Shown piece by piece: positions 52,884-62,991 of a DNA stretch of 64,000 bases. Source of the stretch: an uncultured bacterium (GTDB lineage: Bacteria; Patescibacteriota; Microgenomatia; UBA1400; PJMF01). A program made the position numbers and the translations under genes. Below the pieces are notes generated by a model. That model saw only the letters and a list, made by a program, of their open reading frames with translations, did not search any database and was not told the origin of the DNA. The DNA is taken from assembly GCA_903842795.1 (NCBI GenBank), contig CAIMNJ010000018.1:67246-131245 (forward strand), in the 5' to 3' direction. How positions within the stretch are numbered: position 1 is the first letter of the stretch; every line of letters starts with the position of its first letter.

Positions 52884-54765
52884 CTAAAGTTTCTCTTTCC
52901 AAAAGGTTTTCGGCCACTTTCACTAAACTTGATTTATGTTTGGTGAGTAAACTCATAGCACGTTCCTCAGCTTCATGAATGTAATTCATCATTTCTTCAT
53001 CAACTTTTTCTTGAACTTTGAGAGATGGACGATCAGGCTCTCCCCAAGCTCGATTGTAATCTTGGTCTTCGTATTGAGAACCAAAATTCATTGGCCCAAG
53101 TTTGCTCATACCATAATGAGCAACCATACTGCGAGCAATCCTAGTAGCGCGATCAATATCATTGCTGGCACCAGCAGTTTGCTCATTAAAAATCAGCATT
53201 TCTGCTGCACGACCACCAAGCATAACAGTCATGTCATCCAACAATTCAGACTTGAGTACTTGCAGTTTGTCTTTTTCTGGAGGAGTGAAAGTATAGCCAA
53301 GGGCTTGTCCTCTGGAAACAATTGAGATACGGTGAACTGGATCAGCATATGGCAAAATATGAGCCAAAACCGCATGTCCAGCTTCATGGTAGGCGGTCAT
53401 TTTCTTCTCTTCATCATCTTGCAAGCGTTTCTTGCTTGGACCATATTTAACCTTAAGAGAAGCTTCTTCAATATCCTCCAAAGTCACCTCATCACGACTC
53501 TCGCGAGCAATAGCAATAGCAGCTTCATTGAGCATGTTTTCCAAATCAGCACCAGAAAAACCTACTGTTCTCTTGGCAACTTTTTCCCAATTTAAATCTT
53601 TGGAAAAGACTTTATTCTTAGCATGAATACTTAAAATAAACTTACGCTCTTCTAAATCTGGCAAATTAACTTGCACACGACGATCAAAACGACCTGGACG
53701 AACAAGAGCTGGATCAAGCATATCGCCACGATTGGTAGCAGCCATAACGATCACGTTATCATTTTGAGTGAAACCATCCATTTCCACTAGAATCTGATTA
53801 AGAGTTTGTTCTCTCTCATCGTGAGAAGACATACTGTTGCGACCTCTCATACGACCAATGGCATCAATTTCATCAATAAAAATAATAGATGGAGCAATCT
53901 TTTTAGCGGTATCAAAAAGATCACGTACACGTGAAGCACCGACACCAACCAACATCTCCATAAATTCACTACCAGCAATTGAAAGAAACTGCACACCAGC
54001 TTCTCCAGCCACAGCACGAGCTAATAAAGTTTTACCTGTTCCAGCTGGACCAACTAATAAAACACCCTTGGGAGTGCGAGCTCCAACTCTAGTATATTTT
54101 TTTGGATTACGTAAGAAATCAACAATTTCCTCTAGTTCTTTCTTGGCTTCATTCATACCACCAACATCCTTGAAACTAGTGTTTTGTTTGCCTTTAACAA
54201 AAACTTTGGCCTTGCTCTTACCCATGCCAAACATTGCATCACCGCCACCTTTAGCTTGTTTGAAAACAACCATCAAGAAGACAAACATTAAAATAATTGG
54301 CAAAAAGTTGATAACCAATTCCCAAAGCATTTGTAAAAAGGTGGCATCATGAATTTGTGTATCTACGGCAGTTAAATCAATACCGGCGGCATTGAGAACC
54401 TGCAGAGCTTGCTGTCCTTCTTCTTTTTTGGCAATTTTTTTAGAATCATCCTTATAAGTGAGACGCAATTCTTGCCCATAAACTTCCATTTTGCTAACTT
54501 TTTGGGCGCGAATATCAGTCACCATTTGACTCATGGTGATTTGTTCACGACCTTTGCCAGCACCAATGGCTCCAAATAAAGAAGGTACGAACAAAAATAA
54601 GATTATTAAATAAACCAAGGTCTTACTGAAAAATTTATTTAGATTAATTTTTAATTCAATACGTTTGTAGGAAGTATTTGGCTTAGAAACTGGTTTTTGC
54701 TCAGTCTTTGCCGAATCAATTTTAGTTTCTTTATTTTCTTTGACTTCTTTTTTTTTGTCGTTCAT
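52831..54765 (-). CDS. ftsH: ATP-dependent zinc metalloprotease FtsH
   Basis: Two N-terminal TM helices, AAA Walker A GPAGTGKT and SRH, and the zinc site HEAGHA. Confidence 0.97.
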   Translation of the reverse strand: MNDKKKEVKENKETKIDSAKTEQKPVSKPNTSYKRIELKINLNKFFSKTLVYLIILFLFVPSLFGAIGAGKGREQITMSQMVTDIRAQKVSKMEVYGQELRLTYKDDSKKIAKKEEGQQALQVLNAAGIDLTAVDTQIHDATFLQMLWELVINFLPIILMFVFLMVVFKQAKGGGDAMFGMGKSKAKVFVKGKQNTSFKDVGGMNEAKKELEEIVDFLRNPKKYTRVGARTPKGVLLVGPAGTGKTLLARAVAGEAGVQFLSIAGSEFMEMLVGVGASRVRDLFDTAKKIAPSIIFIDEIDAIGRMRGRNSMSSHDEREQTLNQILVEMDGFTQNDNVIVMAATNRGDMLDPALVRPGRFDRRVQVNLPDLEERKFILSIHAKNKVFSKDLNWEKVAKRTVGFSGADLENMLNEAAIAIARESRDEVTLEDIEEASLKVKYGPSKKRLQDDEEKKMTAYHEAGHAVLAHILPYADPVHRISIVSRGQALGYTFTPPEKDKLQVLKSELLDDMTVMLGGRAAEMLIFNEQTAGASNDIDRATRIARSMVAHYGMSKLGPMNFGSQYEDQDYNRAWGEPDRPSLKVQEKVDEEMMNYIHEAEERAMSLLTKHKSSLVKVAENLLERETLDADEFSKLMDMPKAKAV

Positions 54766-54801
54766 AGATCTTATTTTTTATTTTTATAACTTTATTATTA
54801 A

Positions 54802-55143
54802 TTAACACAATTCAGAACCAATTTCTGCTTCTTCAGCCAAAGTAATTAAAATTGGCTTGGCTTCATCGTTAGCAACTACCATCATCATCATTCCCTGACT
54901 CACAGCTGGGCCCATTTTGCGCTCGGCCAAGTTGACTACAAAAGGAAATTTTTTATTCAAAAAATCAACTTCGCTGAACCATTTTTTAACTCCAGAAAAA
55001 ACAGTTTTTTCACCAATTTCTTGGCCAAAATCTACTCTAAATTCAAGAAGTTTTTCTGACCATTCTGGAACTTTAACTTCCTTGACTAGGCCAACACGCA
55101 TCTCAACTTTTAAAAAATCAGCAAATTGAATTGTTTCTGCCAT
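54802..55143 (-). CDS. tRNA-binding protein (CsaA/Myf OB-fold domain)
   Basis: FADFLKVEMRVGLVKEVKVPEWSEKLLEFRVDFG matches the Myf/EMAP-II tRNA-binding fold (FxxLDLRVGxI...KLxxxxVDxG), 113 aa. Confidence 0.75.
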   Translation of the reverse strand: MAETIQFADFLKVEMRVGLVKEVKVPEWSEKLLEFRVDFGQEIGEKTVFSGVKKWFSEVDFLNKKFPFVVNLAERKMGPAVSQGMMMMVVANDEAKPILITLAEEAEIGSELC

Positions 55144-55151
55144 AAGAGGTC

Positions 55152-56276
55152 TTATTCTACCATTTTTTTCTCAAACAAAATTGCAGAATTCCTTGAGTAA
55201 CGGCTAATTGCCAAAGTAATTAAACCATCTATTAATTCCGTATAAGTCATTCCTGTTTCTGCCATCATTAATTTTGGATACATACTGATCTTAGTAAAAC
55301 CGGGAATTGTATTTATTTCGTTAAAAACAACGTCACCTTTTTCAGTTAAAAAGAAATCTACTCTAGACATGCCCTCACACTGACAAACAGAAAAAATGCG
55401 TTTGGAAAGACTTTGAACTTCTCTCTTTTTATCTTGATCAATTGGAGCGGGAATCAAAAGTGCTGCTCCAGATTCATCTATATATTTAGCGTCATAAGAG
55501 TAAAAGCCATGCTTAGCACTAGGAATGATTTCACCAACTTCCCCAGCGGTTAATTCATTCATATTGCCAAAAACTGGACATTCAATTTCCCTGCCGATAA
55601 TCGCCTCTTCAATTAAAATCTTACGATCCACTAAAAAAGCTTCATTTACGGCTTTTTTAAAAGATAACTCATCATCAACCTTGCTAATTCCAACTGAAGA
55701 ACCGGCATTAGCAGGTTTAACAAAAACAGGTAAACCCAACTCTTCTTTGACTTTTTCAAAAGTAATTTCACCTTTTTGATCAAAACCAAAAGACAAATAT
55801 TTAGCAATCTTAATTCCAGCTATACCTGTTAATTTTTTGGTAATTTCCTTATCCATAGAAATAGAAGATGCTAAGACATCTGGACCAACATAAGGAACAT
55901 TAAGCATTTCCAAAAATCCTTGCATTTTGCCATCTTCAGCAAAAGAGCCATGCATAATTGGAAAAACAACATCAATTTTGATCAACTGTTCCTTGCCTTC
56001 AAATAAAATTGCCTGACCTTGACCATCAATCACTGACCAAGATACTCTAGAAAAACCATCTTTTTTTAAAGAAACAGTTCCAGCATTATCTTGATTGTCT
56101 AAAAAATTTTGATAATCAGTGTAAAAACGAAAAGAACCATCTTTAGCCACAGCAAAAAGATTTAAGTTATATTTTTCAAAATCCAGAGCTGCAATTATAT
56201 TTTTGGCAGAAATCAAAGAAACTTCATGTTCTACTGACTTACCACCACAAATTAAAGCTAAATTAATTTTTGCCAT
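55152..56276 (-). CDS. ddl: D-alanine--D-alanine ligase
   Basis: MAKINLALICGGKSVEHEVSLISAKNI and the ATP-grasp domain. The start is set at the internal MAKINL; the longer ORF overlaps the trpS 3' end. Confidence 0.9.
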   Translation of the reverse strand: MAKINLALICGGKSVEHEVSLISAKNIIAALDFEKYNLNLFAVAKDGSFRFYTDYQNFLDNQDNAGTVSLKKDGFSRVSWSVIDGQGQAILFEGKEQLIKIDVVFPIMHGSFAEDGKMQGFLEMLNVPYVGPDVLASSISMDKEITKKLTGIAGIKIAKYLSFGFDQKGEITFEKVKEELGLPVFVKPANAGSSVGISKVDDELSFKKAVNEAFLVDRKILIEEAIIGREIECPVFGNMNELTAGEVGEIIPSAKHGFYSYDAKYIDESGAALLIPAPIDQDKKREVQSLSKRIFSVCQCEGMSRVDFFLTEKGDVVFNEINTIPGFTKISMYPKLMMAETGMTYTELIDGLITLAISRYSRNSAILFEKKMVE

Positions 56277-57258
56277 AGAAGCCCATCTTTCTCTTGGTCT
56301 CAGCAAGCGTAGCAGCAGCAATTGTTCTGGCTTTTTCTGCTCCTTCTCTAATAATTTGATCTACATATTCAGGATTTTGTTCTAGTTCTAATCTCTTTTC
56401 ACGAATCGGAGCTAAATAATCAAAAATTGCCTGAGCTAGCTCAGCTTTAAGATCACCATAACGCAAACCTTGATTTAAATAATCATTTTCATAAGCTTTT
56501 TTGCGCTCTATACCTTGGAAAATTTCTACAAAATTAAGCAAATTGGCCACGCCGCCAGTCTTTGGCACTTCATCGCCTTTGCCAGAATCAGTTGGACAAC
56601 TTGCCAATCTTTTTTTGATTACAGATAAATCATCAGTCAAATTAATTGAACTACCTTCTACTGATTTACTCATTTTACCTTCACCAGTCAATGAAGGAAC
56701 ATACTGAGTGGGAGTAGCAATACGCTTTGTCTCTGGAAAATCAGTGCCATAAAGATCATTCATGCGACGAGCAATTTCACGAGTCACCTCGATGTGCGGC
56801 TCCTGATCTAAACCAGCAGGCACCACACTAGCCTTGTAAGCCAGAATGTCAGCTGCCATCAAAGTTGGATAATTGAGTAAGGCTAAAGTTACGTGGTCAG
56901 GATGCTGCTTAACTTTGTCTTTAAAAGTTGGCAAATGTTGCATTTTGGCCACAGAAATAATCGAAGAAAAAAGGAAAGCCAATTCCACATGCTCTGGCAC
57001 TAAAGATTGAATAGTAATAATGGCTTTGGCTGGATCAAGACCAGCAGCCAAATAGTCCATAATAATTTCTTTAGTGGCTGATGCTAATCCATGATGGTCA
57101 TAAGGCGTGGTAATAGTGTGTACATCCACAGCCATGTAAACGCATTCATAATTAGGATCATTTTGCAAATCGATATAACCCTTAACTGCTCCAAAATAAT
57201 TACCCAAATGTAAACGACCAGTCGCTCTTGTACCTGAGAAAACACGAATTTTAGACAT
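56263..57258 (-). CDS. trpS: Tryptophan--tRNA ligase
   Basis: HIGH-type motif (TGRLHLGNYFGAV) and KMSKS (GKMSKSVEGS), 331 aa. Confidence 0.95.
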   Translation of the reverse strand: MSKIRVFSGTRATGRLHLGNYFGAVKGYIDLQNDPNYECVYMAVDVHTITTPYDHHGLASATKEIIMDYLAAGLDPAKAIITIQSLVPEHVELAFLFSSIISVAKMQHLPTFKDKVKQHPDHVTLALLNYPTLMAADILAYKASVVPAGLDQEPHIEVTREIARRMNDLYGTDFPETKRIATPTQYVPSLTGEGKMSKSVEGSSINLTDDLSVIKKRLASCPTDSGKGDEVPKTGGVANLLNFVEIFQGIERKKAYENDYLNQGLRYGDLKAELAQAIFDYLAPIREKRLELEQNPEYVDQIIREGAEKARTIAAATLAETKRKMGFYGKN

Positions 57259-57322
57259 AAAATACTCCCCCTCTTCTTATAGGGAATATCTTAACACGAG
57301 ATCAAGACAGAAAAAACTGAAA

Positions 57323-58189
57323 TTAAAGTTCTTCAATTTTGATATTTGGCTGCATATCTGGAGTTTCAATCAAATGAAGATATTTTTCAGTGGTGGTAAT
57401 ACGTTTATGACCAACCAATTGTGATACATAGACCAAAGGAGTACCAGCTTTGAGTTGCTCAACCACAAAAGTATGGCGTAAATCGTTGACTTTGGCATCT
57501 TTGATGCCAGCCAAACGAAAATAGCGATCAATGGCGGTACGGATATTTCTGACCAAGAAAGGACGACAGGTTTTGGTCAAAAATAAAGTTTTCTCTTTGG
57601 CACGTGGACGCAATTTCAAGTAATCTAGAATAGATTTTTTGGCAGCAGCGTTCAAAGGAATACGACGAGCTTCACGAGAATTTTGAGCTTGAATATAAAT
57701 CAATTCTCTCTCAAGATCGATATCAGTTAATTGCAAATAAGCCAATTCACTAATTCTCATACCAGTCTGTAATAAAATTTCCACAATAGCGTGCATTCTG
57801 GCATCAGCGCGACAAGAATCACGCAAAGCGCGATACTCTAAACGAGACAAAATGCGTGGAGGAGTTTGGTCAAATTTTGGCTGAGTAATTTCTTCGGTCG
57901 GATTGATATCTACCAAACCTTCACTCACACAAAAGCGGAAGAAAGCTTTGATAGAATTAATTTTTCTTGAGATAGATTTACTAGTGTAACGCTGTTTCTT
58001 TAGTAATTCTTTAAAATCCTCAATATCTGGTGCACTAACCTCAGAGAGCAAGTTCTTAGATCTCTTACTCATAAAGTCAGCTAACTGCTCAATATCTTTG
58101 CTATAAGCAATTACAGTAGCGTGAGCCTTACCATTGGCTCTTAAGCTATCAGTAAACTTTGCTTGTGCATCAACTAGATTTGTGTGCAT
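57323..58189 (-). CDS. Tyrosine site-specific recombinase (XerC/XerD or integrase family)
   Basis: C-terminal catalytic region with R...HxxR...Y (LRHTFVVEQLKAGTPLVYVSQLVGHKRITTTEKYLHL) and an N-terminal SAM-like core-binding domain. 288 aa. Confidence 0.85.
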   Translation of the reverse strand: MHTNLVDAQAKFTDSLRANGKAHATVIAYSKDIEQLADFMSKRSKNLLSEVSAPDIEDFKELLKKQRYTSKSISRKINSIKAFFRFCVSEGLVDINPTEEITQPKFDQTPPRILSRLEYRALRDSCRADARMHAIVEILLQTGMRISELAYLQLTDIDLERELIYIQAQNSREARRIPLNAAAKKSILDYLKLRPRAKEKTLFLTKTCRPFLVRNIRTAIDRYFRLAGIKDAKVNDLRHTFVVEQLKAGTPLVYVSQLVGHKRITTTEKYLHLIETPDMQPNIKIEEL

Positions 58190-58308
58190 AATTATTCTAC
58201 CTATCAGGGCAGATAGTTAGTGTTATCAAATATCAGGGTCTTATAATATCATAAATTAGGTTTAATGGCAAGGACTACAAGGCTAAGTTAAATTATAAGA
58301 AGATCAAA

Positions 58309-58683
58309 ATGGATAAAGAAAAAATAAAAAATTTATTAGAATCTCCTATGGTTGCAGTTTTTTTTACAATCATTTGTATTTTGGTAATCTTTTCCTTACA
58401 CAAAAGCAGTCAAAAAGCAGAAATTTCTAAAGAAAGCATTAAAAACTTAGAAGAAGGACTGAAAATAGAAGAAAAAAATCTAGAAAAAGAAAAAGATAAA
58501 TTGAAAAATAGTCAAGAACAACTAACCATAGAAAAAATGAAGAGAAACGAATTGCTGCTTAAAAGAGAAGGTGAAATCACTATTCAAATTCCAGAAAAAG
58601 AACAAGCCCTAGCAAAAAATAGTGAAGAAAAAGAAGAAACAAATAGTCCGCAAAAAGAATGGAAAGAGTTGCTGTTTGATTAG
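58309..58683 (+). CDS. Hypothetical TM + coiled-coil protein (124 aa)
   Basis: One TM helix (MVAVFFTIICILVIFSL) followed by a K/E-rich coiled coil. No family recognised. Confidence 0.45.
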   Translation: MDKEKIKNLLESPMVAVFFTIICILVIFSLHKSSQKAEISKESIKNLEEGLKIEEKNLEKEKDKLKNSQEQLTIEKMKRNELLLKREGEITIQIPEKEQALAKNSEEKEETNSPQKEWKELLFD

Positions 58684-58743
58684 AAAAAACAAAGCTTCTC
58701 TAGTCTTGCCATATTAGCCAGAAATTTGTTATAGTAAATTACT

Positions 58744-59898
58744 ATGTCACTTCCATTTGAAGCTCAAAGATTAAGTTTAAAAGAAGCACAAAAAGAAGCT
58801 GCTTCTTTGCAAGAAAAAGTTGGTGATCATGGAGAAACAGAAGATTATAAAGATGCTTACAGCGAATTAATAGCCGAACAAACAAAAGAGAAACTCGCTA
58901 ATAGCAACTGGGAAGAAACTTTAAGATTCAACGTTGCTGCAATTGATCGTAATGAAGATATGCTCAATCAAAGTAGCCGCACTAAGCGTGAGCTAACTGA
59001 GCAAAAGCGTCGCATTGAGGATCAAATAAGAAGATCAAGAAATTTAGAAGATAATCAAAAGTTGTTTGCCGAAGTTTTAGAAAAAATTGAAAAAGGAGCT
59101 AGTGAAGTTCCAGTTGGATTATATGATAGTGATCTTTATTTTGTTTTAATTGACATTGCTAAAAGTGCTAGCGACAAAGAACTAAAAAATTCTATCTGGC
59201 AAAAATTAAGCGACGCCTCATTCAATAATCGTGACACCAAAAATACTCAGATATCCGAAGTAACTCTCACACCAGAAGAAATTGACCTGCTAAAAAAAGC
59301 AATTCAAAAATCCAAAGAAAATTCTGTAGAAGAATTTGCCAGTCTTGGTAAATCTTTGAAAGAAAGTAGGGCTAAGTATGAAGAAGCTCACAGTATAAGT
59401 TTAGCTGAAGAGCAAGAGCTGATGGATCTACACGACATCACCATAGCTGCTATCGAGGTCTTGGATCAAAGAGAAGAAGAACAGGGAGCTCCTGCCTATC
59501 CAGATGAAACTGAAGCTGCAGAAAACAAACATAAAGCATATCTTAATAGAATTGATTGGAGAAAAAAACAATTAGATAAGATTGGTTATATGAAAGTTCC
59601 AAGAGGAAAAGAGATTAGTCGCAAATGGGCAATTTATGCAAAAATGGATGGCCATTACTTTTTATTAAATAAGGGTCATGAGTATGATGATGTACACCCA
59701 GTAGAAATTCTAACCTATCGCATTCCAGAAAGAACACCTGCTGTTTACGCTGAAGGCATGATGATGGCCCGTGGAGACGCTTCTTTGCAAGCAGTCATAA
59801 ATAACGGTATTTTGGAAAAACGCTCAGAATTAGATGTGAGAGAATATGAAAAAGATTTAAACGCTCATTTATTGGAATTAAAAATTCAAATTCGCTAG
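58744..59898 (+). CDS. Hypothetical protein (384 aa, helical and charged)
   Basis: Complete ORF followed by a strong terminator at 59915-59951. No motif recognised. Confidence 0.5.
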   Translation: MSLPFEAQRLSLKEAQKEAASLQEKVGDHGETEDYKDAYSELIAEQTKEKLANSNWEETLRFNVAAIDRNEDMLNQSSRTKRELTEQKRRIEDQIRRSRNLEDNQKLFAEVLEKIEKGASEVPVGLYDSDLYFVLIDIAKSASDKELKNSIWQKLSDASFNNRDTKNTQISEVTLTPEEIDLLKKAIQKSKENSVEEFASLGKSLKESRAKYEEAHSISLAEEQELMDLHDITIAAIEVLDQREEEQGAPAYPDETEAAENKHKAYLNRIDWRKKQLDKIGYMKVPRGKEISRKWAIYAKMDGHYFLLNKGHEYDDVHPVEILTYRIPERTPAVYAEGMMMARGDASLQAVINNGILEKRSELDVREYEKDLNAHLLELKIQIR

Positions 59899-59914
59899 CA
59901 AATAACTTATAAAC

Positions 59915-59951
59915 AAAAAAAGAACGGCCTTTAGCCGTTCTTTTTATTTTT
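59915..59951 (+). terminator. Rho-independent terminator
   Basis: AAAAAAAGAACGGCCTTTAGCCGTTCTTTTTATTTTTG: a 7-bp stem plus T-run after ORF 58744-59898. Confidence 0.8.
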
Positions 59952-60039
59952 GTTGCGGAACTTCGTCCTCCGTCTCCACTTCGGACACTTCTTCGCATAA
60001 GCTCAGTCGGAGTCAACGATTCATAGCTGATACAAACAA

Positions 60040-60077
60040 AAATAAAAAATCTGGCATGAGCCAGATTCTTTATTTTT
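60040..60077 (-). terminator. Rho-independent terminator downstream of tRNA-fMet
   Basis: On the minus strand ATCTGGCTCATGCCAGAT (7-bp stem) is followed by TTTTTATTTTTG, directly after the tRNA 3' end. Confidence 0.7.
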
Positions 60078-60078
60078 G

Positions 60079-60147
60079 TTGCGGAACTAGGAGTCGAACC
60101 TAGCCTGTGGGATTATGAGCCCCACGTGCACCGTACACTATCCCGCG
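60079..60147 (-). tRNA. Initiator tRNA-fMet (anticodon CAU), compact 69-nt form
   Basis: The minus strand reads CGCGGGA-TA-GTG-TACGGTG-CAC-G-TGGGG-CTCATAA-TCCCA-CAGG-CTAGG-TTCGACT-CCTAG-TTCCGCA-A. It has the C1·A72 mismatch, three consecutive G·C pairs in the anticodon stem and a CTCATAA loop, all initiator hallmarks, with a reduced D-arm. No CCA is encoded. Confidence 0.8.
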
Positions 60148-60250
60148 TATATATGTTAGGTGGTTATTGTAACAAAAGAATATAGCATTATCAAGCAAGC
60201 TGCGCTAAAATACTCTCCTAGGTAAAACGCACATTGTAAATTACCAATTA

Positions 60251-60324
60251 GGCGGGATAGCTCAGCTGGTTAGAGCATCGGATTCATAAACCGAAGGTCC
60301 TGAGTTCGAATCTCAGTCCCGCTA
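60251..60324 (+). tRNA. tRNA-Met (CAU; elongator, or tRNA-Ile2 if lysidinylated)
   Basis: GGCGGGA-TA-GCTC-AGCTGGTTA-GAGC-A-TCGGA-TTCATAA-ACCGA-AGGTC-CTGAG-TTCGAAT-CTCAG-TCCCGCT-A, a 74-nt cloverleaf. The anticodon is CAT. Confidence 0.85.
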
Positions 60325-60329
60325 CTTTA

Positions 60330-60365
60330 TAAAAAAACAAAAAAAGGGACTCGTGAGAGCCCCTT
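60330..60365. terminator. Bidirectional terminator between tRNA-Met (+) and groEL (-)
   Basis: AAAAAAAGGGACTCGTGAGAGCCCCTTTT: a GC-rich stem with A-run and T-run flanks. Confidence 0.6.
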
Positions 60366-60388
60366 TTCAGTTTTAATTAAACCAAGGA

Positions 60389-62035
<1,647 letters not shown>

Positions 62036-62051
62036 CTATTTAAATTAAAGT

Positions 62052-62498
62052 TTATTTAATAATTGCTAAAATATCTTCAAATTTTAAAAATTGATACTCT
62101 ACGTCACCAATCTTAAACTCATTACCTCCCCATTTTTTATAAATAACCTTGTCGCCAACTTGAACTGAGGAACTCGAACAAGAGCAGGCTGAAGCACAGC
62201 AAGAACCTTTTTGTTCTTCTTCATCTTCATCGCAATCACAGCATCCTCCACCACAGCAACTATCACTGGCTTTTTCTTCTGAAGAGCAGCAGCCTTCTCC
62301 GCAACAATCATCATCTTCACAGCGATCATTGCATTCGCAATCTGCTTCACCAACAGCCAAAACAACACCATATTGAGGTTTTTCACTATCACTCTCTGAC
62401 AAAATAATGCCAGATTTAGTTTTTTCTTCTGACTTAGCTGGTTCAACTAAAACATAACCTTTGGTGGGTTGGATTTTTTTTATATCTAAATCTTTCAT
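62052..62498 (-). CDS. groS: Co-chaperonin GroES with a ~55-aa Cys/Asp/Glu-rich insertion (16 Cys)
   Basis: The GroES N-terminus (IQPTKGYVLVEPAKSEEKTKSGIIL) and C-terminus (VQVGDKVIYKKWGGNEFKIGDVEYQFLKFEDILAII) are conserved. In between lies ADCECNDRCEDDDCCGEGCCSSEEKASDSCCGGGCCDCDEDEEEQKGSCCASACSCSSSS. 148 aa versus the usual ~95. Confidence 0.9.
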   Translation of the reverse strand: MKDLDIKKIQPTKGYVLVEPAKSEEKTKSGIILSESDSEKPQYGVVLAVGEADCECNDRCEDDDCCGEGCCSSEEKASDSCCGGGCCDCDEDEEEQKGSCCASACSCSSSSVQVGDKVIYKKWGGNEFKIGDVEYQFLKFEDILAIIK

Positions 62499-62567
62499 AG
62501 ATTTTTCCCTTCTTTTATTTTTTTATAATTAAATCACGTGGCAAAAATTTATCACAAAAATCAATTA

Positions 62568-62594
62568 TTAGCAATACTTGTTATTGATTGCTAA
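62568..62594. promoter_or_regulatory. CIRCE operator upstream of groES-groEL (variant consensus)
   Basis: TTAGCAATA-CTTGTTATT-GATTGCTAA: 9-N9-9 with 8/9 arm complementarity. It sits ~70 nt upstream of the groES start and overlaps the stop of the upstream ORF. Confidence 0.8.
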
Positions 62595-62959
62595 CTAGAA
62601 AGACCATCAATTCCATAAAATAAGGCATTGATGAGAGAAATCGATTTGCGTAAGTCAGTGGCAAGCTGCATGGAAAGCTCAGCTGATTCTTGATCCAACT
62701 GCATTCCTTCCAAACTTAAATTAGAGTTGTCTACAAAAATTTTCATTAAAGATTCTATCGACGCCTTATTCTCACTAACAAAAAGATCTTGATCAGCTCT
62801 CTTTTTAAGCATAATCTTTTCTAAATAAGCAACAACCTGCTTCATTTCTCTACTGCGCAAAAAAAGATTAAATTTAATGTCAGCCTGATCTTCAATGGCT
62901 ATTGGATTTTGAAAATCTAAATTATCTAAAAGTTGATAACGCTTATTTGTTTTTGGCAT
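62591..62959 (-). CDS. Hypothetical protein (122 aa)
   Basis: Complete ORF with no recognisable motif. Confidence 0.4.
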   Translation of the reverse strand: MPKTNKRYQLLDNLDFQNPIAIEDQADIKFNLFLRSREMKQVVAYLEKIMLKKRADQDLFVSENKASIESLMKIFVDNSNLSLEGMQLDQESAELSMQLATDLRKSISLINALFYGIDGLSS

Positions 62960-62991
62960 TATAATATTGAGTTTGTATCTTACACATTTAT

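Noticed and set aside
57323-58189. Calling the tyrosine recombinase definitively a prophage integrase
   Set aside because: Size and motifs fit chromosomal XerC/XerD equally well. It is left as family-level, and the att-like repeat is reported as a finding instead.
59963-60068. Possible second tRNA between the two terminators, because it shares the ...GTTCCGCAAC 3' end with tRNA-fMet
   Set aside because: Only ~44 nt precede the shared 3' end and no T-arm, D-arm or anticodon arm can be folded. It is interpreted as a partial duplication (att-like repeat), not a gene.
62099-62446. 115-aa ORF on the minus strand inside groES (alternate frame)
   Set aside because: Entirely nested in the groES reading frame. 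The GroES termini are conserved in the other frame.
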